Part shown: in pieces, positions 33,850 to 51,494 of the stretch
Numbering within the stretch: the first letter of the stretch is position 1
Layout of the letters: every line of letters starts with the position of its first letter
From: Catajapyx aquilonaris
Taxonomy: Eukaryota
Length of the DNA: 51,494 nt
NCBI GenBank assembly: GCA_000934665.2
Contig: JYFJ02002760.1
Coordinates: 1-51,494, forward strand
Reading direction: 5' to 3'
The notes under the pieces: generated by a model
The model's database searches: none
Told to the model about the DNA's origin: nothing
What the model saw: only the letters and a program-made list of their open reading frames with translations
Program-made: the position numbers and the translations under genes

Positions 33850-36800
33850 ATGAGTTCCCTCAAGAAAGGTGTTCTTCGGCCGTACAAGCGGAACATGACC
33901 ACCACTTCCGCAGACGTTCTGTTCTCCACCACAACTGTTCCTCCGATGTCCACCACCACCATGTCGTCTACCAAAGCCAAGGAGGTGATGTCGGGGTCGC
34001 TCAACAACCCCGAGGGCCTTCCGACCACCACGGCGGACCTCCTCTCCACGGTGGTGTCTAACCTGATGACCACCACCATCGAGCTGACCACAACCGAGTT
34101 GGTTTCCTCCACTTCGGAGGAAACCTCGACGTGGTCCAGCATGGTGCCAGGCCAGCCCCTGAACGCGAGCTTCCAGAACCAGACGACCAGTCAAAGCAAT
34201 GCAGTGGCCAACGAGAGTGCCGGTGGCTTCTTGGACACCTTTGTGCAAATGGGCGGATTGGGCTCGGATGGCTCCGGTGTGTTCTTGTACTCTCTCCAGG
34301 TGATTCTGGTGTTGTGGACCATCATGGCCAACCTGATGGCCATCGGGGTGATATGGAGCGACCGGAGGCTGCACCACAACTTCTTCTACATCCTGGCCAA
34401 CATGGCCGTGGTGGATCTGAACGTGGGCTTGTCCGTGCTCTCCATTTTCACCCTCTACAATTTCTCCGGGCGATTCCCTCTTGGAGCCTTCATGTGCGGG
34501 TATTGGATCTGGAACGACTATCTCATGAGTCTGGAAGCTGCTTTTGTCATCGCGGCGCTTTGGTAGGTTCTCTTTGGTGTGTCTCGGTTCTTGAAATTAA
34601 GGCAAGAAAATGTATTGTTATACATTATATGAGTTGCAGTTCATGCTGTGAAAAATTCAGTTTTCACAGAAAAGATGTTCATAGCGAAGGATCATCTAAA
34701 AGACAGAAAAAATGTCGACATGAAAGATTTTGTTTTCTTTGAACGTTTACCCCCACAAAACATAGATCCAATTCCGCTTACTGTAATATCAGTAATATGA
34801 GAATGACATTATACGTGCGTCATTTGAAAGTATTTTTAAGTGGGCCTTACCTTGAGAAGCTGTTATAAGCTTTAATCTGAGGAGGGGTCGTAACGGCTCA
34901 TTATTTACAAAATGAATTATACGTCATAACGGAAGAAGATCACTACAGTGGTTCCAGTCTTACCAGTAATATCCTGTTACTTTTCGCTTTTTTTGTTGCG
35001 GTTCCTATTACACTGTGTAGAAGACAGGTTAGCCTGAGCGGAATATATGCCCGAGTACACTGTAAACCGCAAAACATTAAAAGAGCATCACTGGTGAGTA
35101 TCTCATGGAACATCAATTTTTAATGCTCTTCTAATGCTCTGCTGATGCTCTTGTGATGCTTTTTAGCAACAAAAAAGCATCACAGGAGCATCACAAGAGC
35201 ATCGCAAGAGCATTAGAAGAGCATTAAAAAGTGATGTTCCATGAGAGACTCACCAATGATGCTCTTTTAATGTTTTACGGTTTACAGTGTAGCCATATCA
35301 AAGTTTACTAACTTGATGGACTAGATAGATTAGATACCAAAATGCGTATATCTTTAGTGTTATAATACTTAACTCACCTTTGCGTAATAATATGCATTGT
35401 CCACGATGGCACATCATATAACCACATCTGAAACATTTAGGCTACTTATGATATGAGTCATTTATCTGACGAGTCAGTGACAATAGATGCGGGTGGGTCA
35501 GTATCTATACAACTGAATGGGTTAGTGCCATAACGTGCTAAGCCACAAAACCTTCATTCTGAGATATGGACTTTCAAAAGTTTGGCTTAATATGGCAAAT
35601 CATACAAAACAAGGAACATTATTCGTGATTTTCTCGTGATCTATGGGGAATTTTTCTAACTACGTGATGCCCACTTACTTGTGAAGCACGATGGTGGGAC
35701 TTTCAGACACGTGCAAGCTCAAAAAACACAAAAGTGTGGCTTAGCACGTTATGGCACTAACCCCTTCAACTATATACGTCAAATTTTAAAGGTGATTGTG
35801 GCATCTTCCGAAATATTTTGGCCGATAAGGATATGCGATGAATTACGAAACACTGGTATACTGTAATAGTTGCGCAGAAGTGCCGCAGTACTGTATTTTG
35901 TAGTGTTGTAACTGTTACCCTACTTTATTGCCTTCTGCTAAAACTACCCAATACACTATACCGGTATACATACTGCAACTTCGATAACTTTGACAACAAT
36001 AATGTGCGATGCAGGCGTACGATATCACTGGTTCTTTGAAGTCGGCGACGTTATAGTTATCATTTCAAAATGTAATTGCATAGAAAAGTGATTTGTCACC
36101 TGCAATTGAAAGGAAGACAATCGCATCCCAAAAATAAGCCTCTAGACCCGCAAGTCGCGCTCTGACATTTGCGGCCAATAACTATCCTTTGTTACCGGAA
36201 CATCAATCACTCTTTTCATTACCATTCCGTTTCACGACGGCAAGAACACGGAATATAAATCAATCGCTATCCTTTCACAGACATCTGTCTCTTCCGGGTC
36301 TACTGCAATAGGTCGGTATGGACAGATCCAACCGAAAGGTTTCCGGTCTCGATTATTACTATTTTGGCCATTGTCTGCATGCAGTTGATTATGGGTCTGC
36401 ATCTATAGGCTACTCAGCTTTGAATCCAGGAAGAAGACTTGCTCCGCCTTCAAAGTGCAACGTCGGCCATTAACCTTTTACGACAAGCACCCAATTGACT
36501 AAATGGACACACTCGTGTCTGAATACTCCATGTTGCTAACATGAACCCCGTGCATTTTGAAGTGAACTCTTCGAAACGAGACCACATCGGGGAAAATTGA
36601 TGCATCAGATAATATAAAGCCCACATGCAGTTATCCAGATGGAAATGCCACCTACGAAGCTGCCCTGTCCTCTTCAACAAAAGGTCCTTTCGTGCTGACT
36701 AAGAACCTTAGGATCGAATTCCCGTCCTGAAAGGGTTGCCACACGCCTTCATATCGTAAATCACTTGACCGCAAGGTTGCAAACTTGCTAATTGCACGGC

Positions 36801-38724
36801 CATAAGACGGTCTTGAGGCTTGTTTCAAAGTCGTCATTGTCGTTGATTGCCGCGCTGACCTTTTGGACCAGCAGGTGCTAACTGCCGCATATGGATGGAC
36901 ATGTAGCGTGTACTAGCAACTTATAATAGACACCTATAAATATTTTTCCACATACTTAGTACAGACACTGAAAATAGCTCTTTTTAAATATCCTAGCTCA
37001 TCATAGACCAGAAGTGGATCCAAAATAGCCGCATTAATATTCAACACTAGCCGAGTCAACACAGTCCTTCAGAGGTGGGACCTGCGACCCACAATTTATC
37101 AACCAGTCTGCACGCAACCCTACTTAGAACCTACGTCATTTCCCACCGCATTTCTTATCCAAAATTATGCAACTTTATCATTATAGCACGCAGGAGCCAC
37201 CCCAAAAATTTCAAAGTGATAAAATCGGAAGGACCCCCATCTGTCAGCCGCCATCGCATGTTCTAGCCAGTCTATTTCTGCGGTTTTAGCAAGGTGGAAG
37301 GCAATTTCCTGTAAGCCTGGATGACCCTCGTAAAAAAAAAAACCTATGCTCAGGACAACGTCCCCTGGTTTTCCTGCGACCTCAAATCGGGGGGATACAC
37401 CAATCGATCCAATCCGCAACAGGTCAAAGTGACGTATCGCACTTTGGAACGCTAGAATTATTTTGGAGCGGGTTCAAAACCCACGTGTGATTCGTGACTT
37501 GGAGCAATGAAACGGTTGCGTATGATACGGATTTATTCTCGGGGCTTCGTACATTGGAGATGAGGCCGGAGATAAGAGTTGCCCCCGAGTGGCTATTCCA
37601 ACCTGATCCTTGACTTTTCACCTTTATCGTAGGTACCTGACTTAGCGATTTTTCTGTCATCCCCCCTGCTCGTGACCATCAGCTGGCACCCCTGGGGCGC
37701 CACCGGATGGAAATAAACCTTCTTACCATTCTTCCTAAAAAAAATGGTCAATAGTTTGGTGGAAGAGGCTGATATTGGTATGACCTTGTTCACGGAAGAA
37801 AATTTCGGAACAAGTTTGACACCAATAAAAGTTGGAGCTGTTTTTTTCTGAAACTATGCCACGAAGCAAAATATAGCGTGATTTTTAGTTCAGCGAAAGT
37901 AGGAGAAAGTAGTCAAAATTCATATTTTTCTGGGGTGCTATTTACAGTTACGACACCTTCTACTCTATGCTGTATCCGCTCATATACAAGAAGCAGCAGA
38001 CAGGGAGGCGATGCGTGCTTCTGATGGTACTCACCTGGTGCTTCTCACTCATACTGTGGATCCCAGCATTCAGCTATGATCGCACCAACAATACATACCC
38101 AATGGGTGAATGCGAGTGGAGTGTTAGGAAGAACTCAGGATGGGTAAGCCAATCCAGTGGGTCTAAAGACGATTGCTGATTGGTCATATTGCAGGCTGTT
38201 TACTTGGGATTTGTCGGATACTACCCAACATTAGCTGGAATTCTGGCCGGACCGCTTTACTACTTTTGGGTACAGAGGAAGAGGCAACGGCAGGTATGTC
38301 ACATCGAGAGAAAAATTAAGCGAAATGTTTAAAAAAAATTAAAATTGCAGATTTCGGCCAGAGCAGCCAAGGAGAGGACCATTGACCAATCACCTAAAGA
38401 TACTAGTAACACTGGTCAGCTGGTTCTGGGCAAGGGGAGTCAGACACCCTTGTGGCTCTTTATCTGGATCAACGTTTTCTTCGTATTTTGCCGGATGTGG
38501 TACTATTTCTACTTCTTGGTAAGCATAAGCTTGTACTGTACTTTTGAGTGCTACTAAATATGTGAAAATTGCAGGAGGGCAGCTACACACCTGGATCATT
38601 CACCGATTCCTACAAGAGATTCTCATATTGGATGCTCTACATAAATTCAGCTATAAACCCAATCCTGTACCTGGCCCTTGGCCAGCATTTCCGCCTAGGT
38701 CTCAAACGATTTCTGAGGATTTAA
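33850..38724 (+). CDS. Class A (rhodopsin-like) GPCR, aminergic-type (muscarinic/histamine-like), with a Ser/Thr-rich N-terminus
   Basis: Exons 33850-34562, 37948-38143, 38195-38293, 38351-38518 and 38575-38724 (TAA) join in frame. TM1 has ANL, TM2 NMAVVDL, ECL1/TM3 RFPLGAFMCGYWIWNDYLMS, TM4 W..S..LWIP, an ECL2 Cys, TM7 YWMLYINSAINPILY and helix 8 FR. The start may be M at 33850 or 33895. Confidence 0.85.
35058..35289. mobile_element. Foldback MITE with CACTG termini (CMC/EnSpm-like) in GPCR intron 1
   Basis: A nearly fully palindromic 232 bp: CACTGTAAACCG... / ...CGGTTTACAGTG, with GAGCAT/ATGCTC subterminal repeats and TA on both sides. Confidence 0.85.
35515..35767. mobile_element. MITE with ~33-bp TIRs and a 4-bp TSD (Sola-like)
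   Basis: GAATGGGTTAGTGCCATAACGTGCTAAGCCACA / TGTGGCTTAGCACGTTATGGCACTAACCCCTTC, with AACT duplicated at 35511-35514 and 35768-35771. The superfamily is inferred from TSD length. Confidence 0.8.
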
Positions 38725-40456
38725 ATTGAGCCAGTGATTCGTGGAAAATGTCATAGAACCTTTCAAAAAAATGGCAAACAATCCAAGGTGAAATTGCGCA
38801 AGCAAAAGGGATGTTGTTGACTTCTGCATTGTGCCGATGGTTATCGCAGCAGCCTTGGGGGGGCTGAAGGTCACTTCCTAATAGTTATGGCTCACTTCTG
38901 AATGGCCATGCGCTTTACTACATTTTTGGACTGCAGGGCAGCCTTATTGCTATTTTGCTTCATAGCCTTAAGATTAATGCAGCCGTGTAAACGTTATTTA
39001 TTATTGGTGTTGCATGTGTAATATATAGGCTACTAACTTTAGACCAGATTATAGAAATGCGTTTAGAGGAATTAATGATGATGTTTACAAAAAGTATGTA
39101 TTGTGATGAAATAATGTAATGGCTATTAGAAACAATGTCTTGGTATTTCTATACAATTTCTTTTTTCATTTTCAGTCAATGGCGTTATTGTGGAGTGCTT
39201 TACAGATATCACTGGAATCTGCTGTGATTCCACAATGCTTTCATAGTGTATCATGTATTGGCTGGTCAGGTCAAACAAAAGGTGATAAGATCACCACTCA
39301 GTTTATCAGTTCGATTCGTTTGCTAAAGATTCCAATATTGTCAAGTTGCAATGGTTTCCAAAGACAATATAAGTTATAGCCAGCCTCAAAATGGCTAACT
39401 ATTGTAAAACATTTTCCAATATTGGCTAAGCCTTTCTTTGATTTTGCAATAAAAGTTTTGGGCCGATTATTACAAGCACTTGGTTATGCTGCGAGTAGTC
39501 TCCAAGGAACACCAATAGTTGGAAATGACTTTGCACCAATAACCCGAAACAAAAATGGAACCGCAGGATTGAATTGTCGTCCTACTTGATTCTTATTCGA
39601 AATTAGAAAACTTTCATTTCGAAAAAACGACCCAGATTCCAGATCCTGCCAAATCTTTTGGTCGAATTCAGAAAAAAAACCGATTTGGTAAAAATCTTGA
39701 ATTATTGAAACGATCGGATGACCTACTTTGGCGTCGGACATAACATGCGTGACCTTGCCTCTAACGTCTAGTTTCCCATCATTGACTCTAAATTATGGAT
39801 ATGTACAGAGGGGCATTGCACCGTTCCTTCGCACAACATCCCCATTTCTCCATGTAATTTTTTTCTGGATTTGTCCCTTGTCGAACATCACTTCCTGACA
39901 TTTACCTACCACCGAAACACTTTCTGTTCACCTTGCGCAATCGATTTGGCAGCTTCGTGTCTGTCGTTTATTATACCATTGCACATTCTTCCTGTGAGTA
40001 TGGCTGTATAACCTACCCTCACAAGACTGGGAATGTGTATGGTTCAGACAGACTCAACCAATCGATCAAACGGTGACAAGTCAGTTCTTTGTGTTCTGCA
40101 CACTATTGTTGTTTAGCAGACGAGATTTTCTGTACGATATACCGAGTACTATACCGGAGGCTAAAGCCAGAGATTAGGAAGAAGTACGTAAAGGTTACGA
40201 GCACTAACCTTTCATTAACCTTTCCAACGGATAAGAAAATTAGGATAGATTAGCTGACATAAATGATCGACTTCGATTTACCTCAGGCTGCAATGCTGCA
40301 TCTCTGTTCAGGCAACATTACACACTATACAACAACGTTACAAATATTTGCCCACGCAATCATGACGTTACTGGTGGTACCCTGTAGCACCTTGACTCAT
40401 GATACGGACGCAATAAGATGAGTGGGTCCGCTATCAAATTTCTAGATAGTGACCCC

Positions 40457-40494
40457 TATAAAAAGGAAATGTCACGATTGTCTCGTCCCTCAGT
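40457..40494 (+). promoter_or_regulatory. TATA box plus arthropod-type initiator of the peritrophin gene
   Basis: TATAAAA at 40457 and TCAGT at 40490-40494, ~20 nt before the ATG at 40514. Confidence 0.6.
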
Positions 40495-40513
40495 AGCCAC
40501 GATTTTGATCAAG

Positions 40514-42034
40514 ATGGCACTCAATTATCTCTATCTTGTCGGTAAGTTAAGATCTTCCTTAATTTGTATTTCACAACTTATGTCATTATGTACCATTACA
40601 GCCCTTCTTGTGGGAGTGGCCACCGCTGCTCCAGCTGCTCCCAGTAAGTGTTCCGACCATTCTTCTTCCAGTAGGTCTTTGGGATCAGTCCACCCTATAA
40701 CATTAATAATAAGTGCGACTATTGTCAATTCAAAATAACACCAATCGAACTGTAAAAAAAGGCCGCAAATAAGAGGTCGCGGAGGATTCTTCCGTGCCCA
40801 GAAACACGCAAAAGATCCATTATCCTTGAGCCCAATGAACCGAAGGGTCGCTTTTAAGCGTCACGAGTTGACATTTCATCCAACAAGGGCCGGTTAGGTG
40901 CAAGTAAAAATTTTGTGACTGAATGAGGCCACATTCGGGGAAGTGCGGAAGAAGTGGGCAGCACGGCTTCTTACGAGACCTCACGCAAACTCTATTATAT
41001 GCTCTTGCACGACTCTGCTTCTTTCGCACAGTTACTTGATTGCTTTTTAGAATCTGAAATAGCCGGCGATCTCAATTTGCTTCATAGAAAGGTACCGTAA
41101 ATTAAGAAACCAAAAAATTAATGTAATTATATTGTTTCATTGCAGTCGATGCAGCGCCCACACCAGCCACATGGTTTCAGGTATGTTATTGAAAAGTTCC
41201 AAGTCAGTTTTGAAAACTAACTTTGAAGAGTAGAGGTGTATATTTGCATGCAGAATCAGTGTAAAAATTTTGATTTGATTTTTAAACTTTTTCAGTGTCC
41301 TAAGCCGTCCGGGTTGTTCCCCAACCCAATAGATTGCTCCTCATTCTTTTTGTGTTCTAATGGTGCTGCCTGGGAGCAGCAGTGTGGAGCTAATCTCGTT
41401 TTCGATGCTGACAAGCAAGTGTGTGTTCGTCCTGAAGAATACGAGTGTGTGATCACCACCAGTAAGTCATGTAGATTATTAGGAGTAATCGCCTGTATAT
41501 ACTGTAGCCGTTTATGGAGTCAACGATCTTGTCAACGATATTAATATTTATTGCAAATGAAATGACACTGAATTCGTGAATACACTAAAATAATATGCTA
41601 AGTTATGTTGGAGTTTGACATGATGAAAGGCATAGTGCCAATCGTACCGCATTAGGACTTCAATAGTCAGAACTGCATACGTATATACGCATGAAGGCCT
41701 CTGAATATTGTGTGGCTAATATAATTGATATGTTTTCCAGCTACGACGACAACTACTCCCGCTCCATACACTGGACCACCCACCCCTTCACCGTGGTTCA
41801 AGGTGCGTCGATTATCCTCTTATTGCCTTTAATTACGATTAGAATATCACTTATTGATTTGTGATATTTCAGTGCCCGGAGCCAAACGGCAACTTCCCAT
41901 ACCCCAAAAACTGCAAGAAGTTCTTCTCGTGCTCGAATGGCTTAGCCTGGGAGCAAACCTGCCCCGCTGACCTTGTCTTCAACCCTGAAAAGGAAATCTG
42001 CGACCACGCAGGGAACGTCAAGTGCCACGACTAA
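40514..42034 (+). CDS. Secreted peritrophin-like protein with two chitin-binding type-2 (CBM14) domains
   Basis: Exons 40514-40541, 40602-40643, 41146-41180, 41296-41461, 41741-41802 and 41873-42034 (TAA). Signal peptide MALNYLYLVALLVGVATA, then two 6-Cys domains (CPKPSGLFPNPIDCSSFFLCSNG...C and CPEPNGNFPYPKNCKKFFSCSNG...C) joined by a Thr/Pro linker. AATAAA at ~42116. Confidence 0.92.
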
Positions 42035-42762
42035 GAACACCACTTTGTCAATCTCCTCATGACGGGAAGTGTGCCACCACATTTTTGTGATATTTTTGTG
42101 ACTCATTTACAATGCAATAAAACCTGCCAAAGATGTTCATAAACATGTGTCCTCTCAAACTGTAGTTTAATCTTTATTTCGCAGAATTTCTGCGGAAAAT
42201 TTTCTGGAAATGTGATGGTAACCCATGGGGCCAAGGAGGCCTCTTGCACGCGCGCCTCTTATGTATCGATATGAACAGGGTGGGCCAAAAGTTACTTACT
42301 GCTGTAATATTATTTTATGAACGGGTTCCACACATCGACCACAAACCGAGTGCTGTGCAACAACACCCCAGTGTCACGAGCAGCACAACTCGCAAAAGAT
42401 TCCTCATTTGAATCCGCGCCATTCATTACACGCGCCTGGCAACACTTGGTCGACTGCAGCGCCATCTGTCCCTCCAATCAGCAACTGACATTGGTCTGGC
42501 CACCCTGGGATTGCAAATGGCGTCGACGACGACGTGTTGAGTAGACGACCCCTTTGGTAGTTCAGCCGAGGAGGGATCGAACTGGAGACAGGCCTCCGCT
42601 GTTTGCTGGCACACTGGTCCACCACGCACGGACGGAGGAGATTCGGCCAGGTTGGCTGCCAGGGTGAGGAGGAGGGCCCCCGACACTTGCAGCTGTGGGG
42701 TCGGCTGGCTGGTAGGGACCCAGCCAAGTTTCAGGCTAGGAGAGAAGAACGGGGCTGACAGG

Positions 42763-48170
<5,408 letters not shown>

Positions 48171-51100
48171 CCATGGTGGAGTCCAGACAATCAGGTGGAT
48201 TGCTGGGAGGGATTACCTCTTGGCCACTCCAGGCCCCTATAGACTTACCCCTGCCTATTCCCAAAGAGCGACATGATGAAACTAATCCAAACCCCAGTGA
48301 AAAAAATGCGACTGTGCAAGTGCATTAGCACAAAACTGAACAACTTATGGGTGATCACCCAACCCTGCAATGTGGACAGTTATTTATTGGTTTCAACTCC
48401 TTTACACGTATCTTGTCTTAAGCAGATCCACCATGAGTTGGTTCATGTCAAGTGATAAAATGAAGGGTCGATGCTACAGGAAGTCATCACCCTACATCGG
48501 AGGGAACTTCTGAAAGAGTCTTCATAAATCTCTGCTTCTGTAGGTAAGAGCAGATCTGATGCCTTTTGTGGTCATGCAGTAGCGAATTCTTCACTACCGC
48601 TATTATATTTTCTTGTAAAGTGGATATAACTTACTGAGTATATGCAATTGCTCACTTGTGTAAATAGATGTACAATTTGTTAACTTGAATAGGGTAACAA
48701 GGTCGTCATTACTTCAGTGATGAGTAATTGTCATGTTGAACTGTGATGCCACACTTGGTGACCTACTGCACTTGGCTTGCCAGATGGGGATGTGTGGGTT
48801 GAGTATGCTGTGAGAGCAAATTTTTCACATGATATAGAGCAGTATGTGTGTGACATTACTTTGGCTGGCAACAAACCTTTTTATTGTGTGCAGTTATTAC
48901 CAAGCCATGCATGCAGTTTAATACGTGAAAGTAACTTGTGTCAGTAAATTGCTGGTTCAGTTAACTTATAAATCATAGGATCATGCGTACAAGTTATGTA
49001 GGACATTTACATAGTTCAGGGAGATTTGTGTTGATCCTCTCCTAGCATGTGCCCTGAATATGATCAATACAGTCTTTGCTGCTGATCTGTAACATACCCA
49101 GTGTAGAGTTAATGACTGGACAAGCCAATTCTTGAGTTAACTTCTGCAATCGAGGGTTATTATGTCAAAACTAGAGATGTGATAGTTATATTCAGTATAT
49201 GAAAGAGAAAGACCATCATGATACATAGTCAAAAGTTGGTGACAAATCAATGAAATTTGCCCTTAGCAGCTAATGCTAATTGTATGCCATAGAAACCATG
49301 CATGATCCAGTATGTGAATTGGGACACTGAAATAGGATTTTCAAATGTGGTGAAATAATGTCAGTAGTGTGGAGATTTCACGTGGGTCACACAATTAGTT
49401 TGTCAGCAAATGAGGATTGGCAAGCAATACCCATTCACTACCAGATCATGTGAGCAATAAAAAGGAAGGGGTAAGGATGTTGCAGGTGGTTCTTACCTTC
49501 TTTGGTCATCAAGACTCGGTCACCCTCTGCTGTAGATCTGTTGATTGTAGTCAGACACATTTTGTGACCCACATTCCATTTCTAGGTGGTATGCAATAAT
49601 AATTGGCAGAGCTGCATATCCAGCCCTAGTACAACACACGTAGTCACCATCAGTTTGGTTCCAACACACGCATTTATGCAAGGGTATCGTTTATTCTAAA
49701 CAACCAACTTTCTATTTGTAAAGTAATTCAGGATCATGAATTAAATGTACTCAAGACACAAACACTAGACAATCATCCGAGTGCATAATACTCGTGTCAC
49801 TGGGAGACATAGTGGCAGATGCTGCTGGATAAAATTATAAGCTTTCAATTTCCAGGAGTGCCTGGAATTTTTCACAAACTTGTGAAAGATGTCGTTTATG
49901 GCAATGTTGCATTTTGAACAAGAGAATGTTTGGGCTGGAATACTTGTCAAGTCTTCACAAACATCAAAGGAAGTCTATGAACAAATTTCAGTCAACTTCA
50001 GATGTGTTTCGAGACTTCGAAAAAATGTTATTACTGTAGTAGTTACATCTTTAAAATGCACTCTATTAATTATGGGTGCAGTTGAAGAAATCTAAGCAAG
50101 AAATGTTTCTATTTCTTTGGTTAGAATATGATTACAATTTTAATATGAATTTTACTATTAATTACATTTTTGAATTGGAGCATCCATTCAGAGCGGTAAA
50201 TCTTTTGGCCACATTTAATATGAACTTAAGCTACGAGTGTAGAGAAGAATCCTTGACACCTGGATAATATCAGCATTGAAATGCAAATGGCCTTTAAGGG
50301 ATCTTCCCGTTTTGAAGCAGAACTGCAGTTGGGAGCCCTTGTGAATCAGGTGGAAAAATAATGGGATCAGCACCCTATGTAATTCACTCGAGTACCCAGG
50401 GACCAAATATCTAGTCCAATATAACATGCATTTCAGAACTGAGCTCATGTCCATATTGGTAAAAACCACGTAGACACTCACTTAACTCTTTTTTGTTATC
50501 GGAACGTTCAAGTGTGGCAGTTAGTTAGATAAACTGTTGAGTGGGGTTTCCAATACCCCTATTCCTATACCCCTTAGTGTGTTGATAATTTTATGTCAGA
50601 CTTGACGGTGACATCATAGGAGCAAGCGTCTACCACATTCCACCAATACAAATGTGAGATCAATTCTGAAGCACATGATATAGATAAGGTTCCACTGTAG
50701 CCGAGTCAGCGTTATGTACAATGTAAAATTACATTGACCTTGCACAGAATATGCTGGGACTATTAGAATGCAGTACAGTACATCCTACAGTATACGTCTC
50801 TCGAGTTTAGCACATCTGAGGTTGACTTCATAATTATGAAATCATAACTATCAAATCTCTAGTCCTAACAGCATGTATCCAAGTGGTTAATAAAATATCA
50901 ACCTTCATGAAACTGCTGAATATTCAAGGCTGAATAATAAAGAATTGTTTGAATATAAACTGCCAATGCTCATTCATGTTTGCCGTGCGGAGCCCCAACC
51001 TATGTTGGTCAGGGGGTTATTATGCAGAATTCCTCTTTGCATTTGTTGTTATTGGTGAACATCACTTCTGTATAGTGTCATTCACTGGTGAATATGCTGA

Positions 51101-51494
51101 TTGAAAAGTCATTTTGTGACAATCAAAAGCTCCATTTTAATGTTTTCATGTACTAATTTCCATTTCTCAAATGTAACTTGTTATTGAGGATTGTGCAGGT
51201 CCATTATTGTCACATGTCCAGAGCCAACTGTGTCTAAGGCAGGCTAGGAACAGGAACAAGGCGGCATATGGCTGGGTATGGCACAACGTCCTACCCCAAT
51301 CAGGGCTATAATTGCAATCACCCACGATGGATCCGGGTTTAAATTCCATGGCCAGCAACCTTGATGGCAAGGGAGGAAAAGAAGTGAAAAGGTTTGATCG
51401 CAAATGAAACATTTGAAAAGCTGCGCTTTGCAGTGGGTATACAGCGCCACGACGATGCACAGCGGACGTCACGGAAACTACGCACTTGCCCCCC

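Noticed and set aside
41051..41091. Possible extra micro-exon in the peritrophin gene
   Set aside because: At 41 nt it would frameshift the downstream chitin-binding domains; the flanking exons join in frame without it.
49400..51494. Short minus-strand ORFs at the right end (e.g. 50215-50481, 51167-51472)
   Set aside because: No recognisable domain or supportable splice chain; an exon of a gene outside the window cannot be excluded.

Overview
Eukaryotic genomic DNA with short GT-AG introns (many 50-70 nt), most likely from an arthropod given the Brinker-type DNA-binding domains, the peritrophin and the collagen type; the taxon is an inference. I could assemble ten protein-coding genes by hand: the 3' end of FKBP15 (+); a clade-B (type V/XI-like) fibrillar collagen (-) with an uninterrupted 338-triplet helix; FAM207A/SLX9 (+); GTF3C6 (-); a small uncharacterised coiled-coil gene (-) directly upstream of GTF3C6; a protein with two Brinker DNA-binding domains (+); RABEPK (+); an atypical aminergic-type class A GPCR (+); a two-domain CBM14 peritrophin (+); and GPR107 (+). 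Introns and intergenic spaces hold several MITEs and tRNA-derived SINE or LINE-tail insertions with readable target-site duplications (TSDs). The best leads are: a possible bicistronic unit (unknown ORF + GTF3C6); a tandem-Brinker gene with a cluster of Brk/Mad-type GGCGYC sites upstream; a GPCR that keeps the amine pocket but has lost DRY and CWxP; a retro-insertion that duplicated a collagen splice acceptor; a head-to-head SINE chimera; and linkage of FKBP15, COL5/11, RABEPK and GPR107, whose human homologues lie on 9q32-34. All gene identities come from motif recognition, with no database searches.
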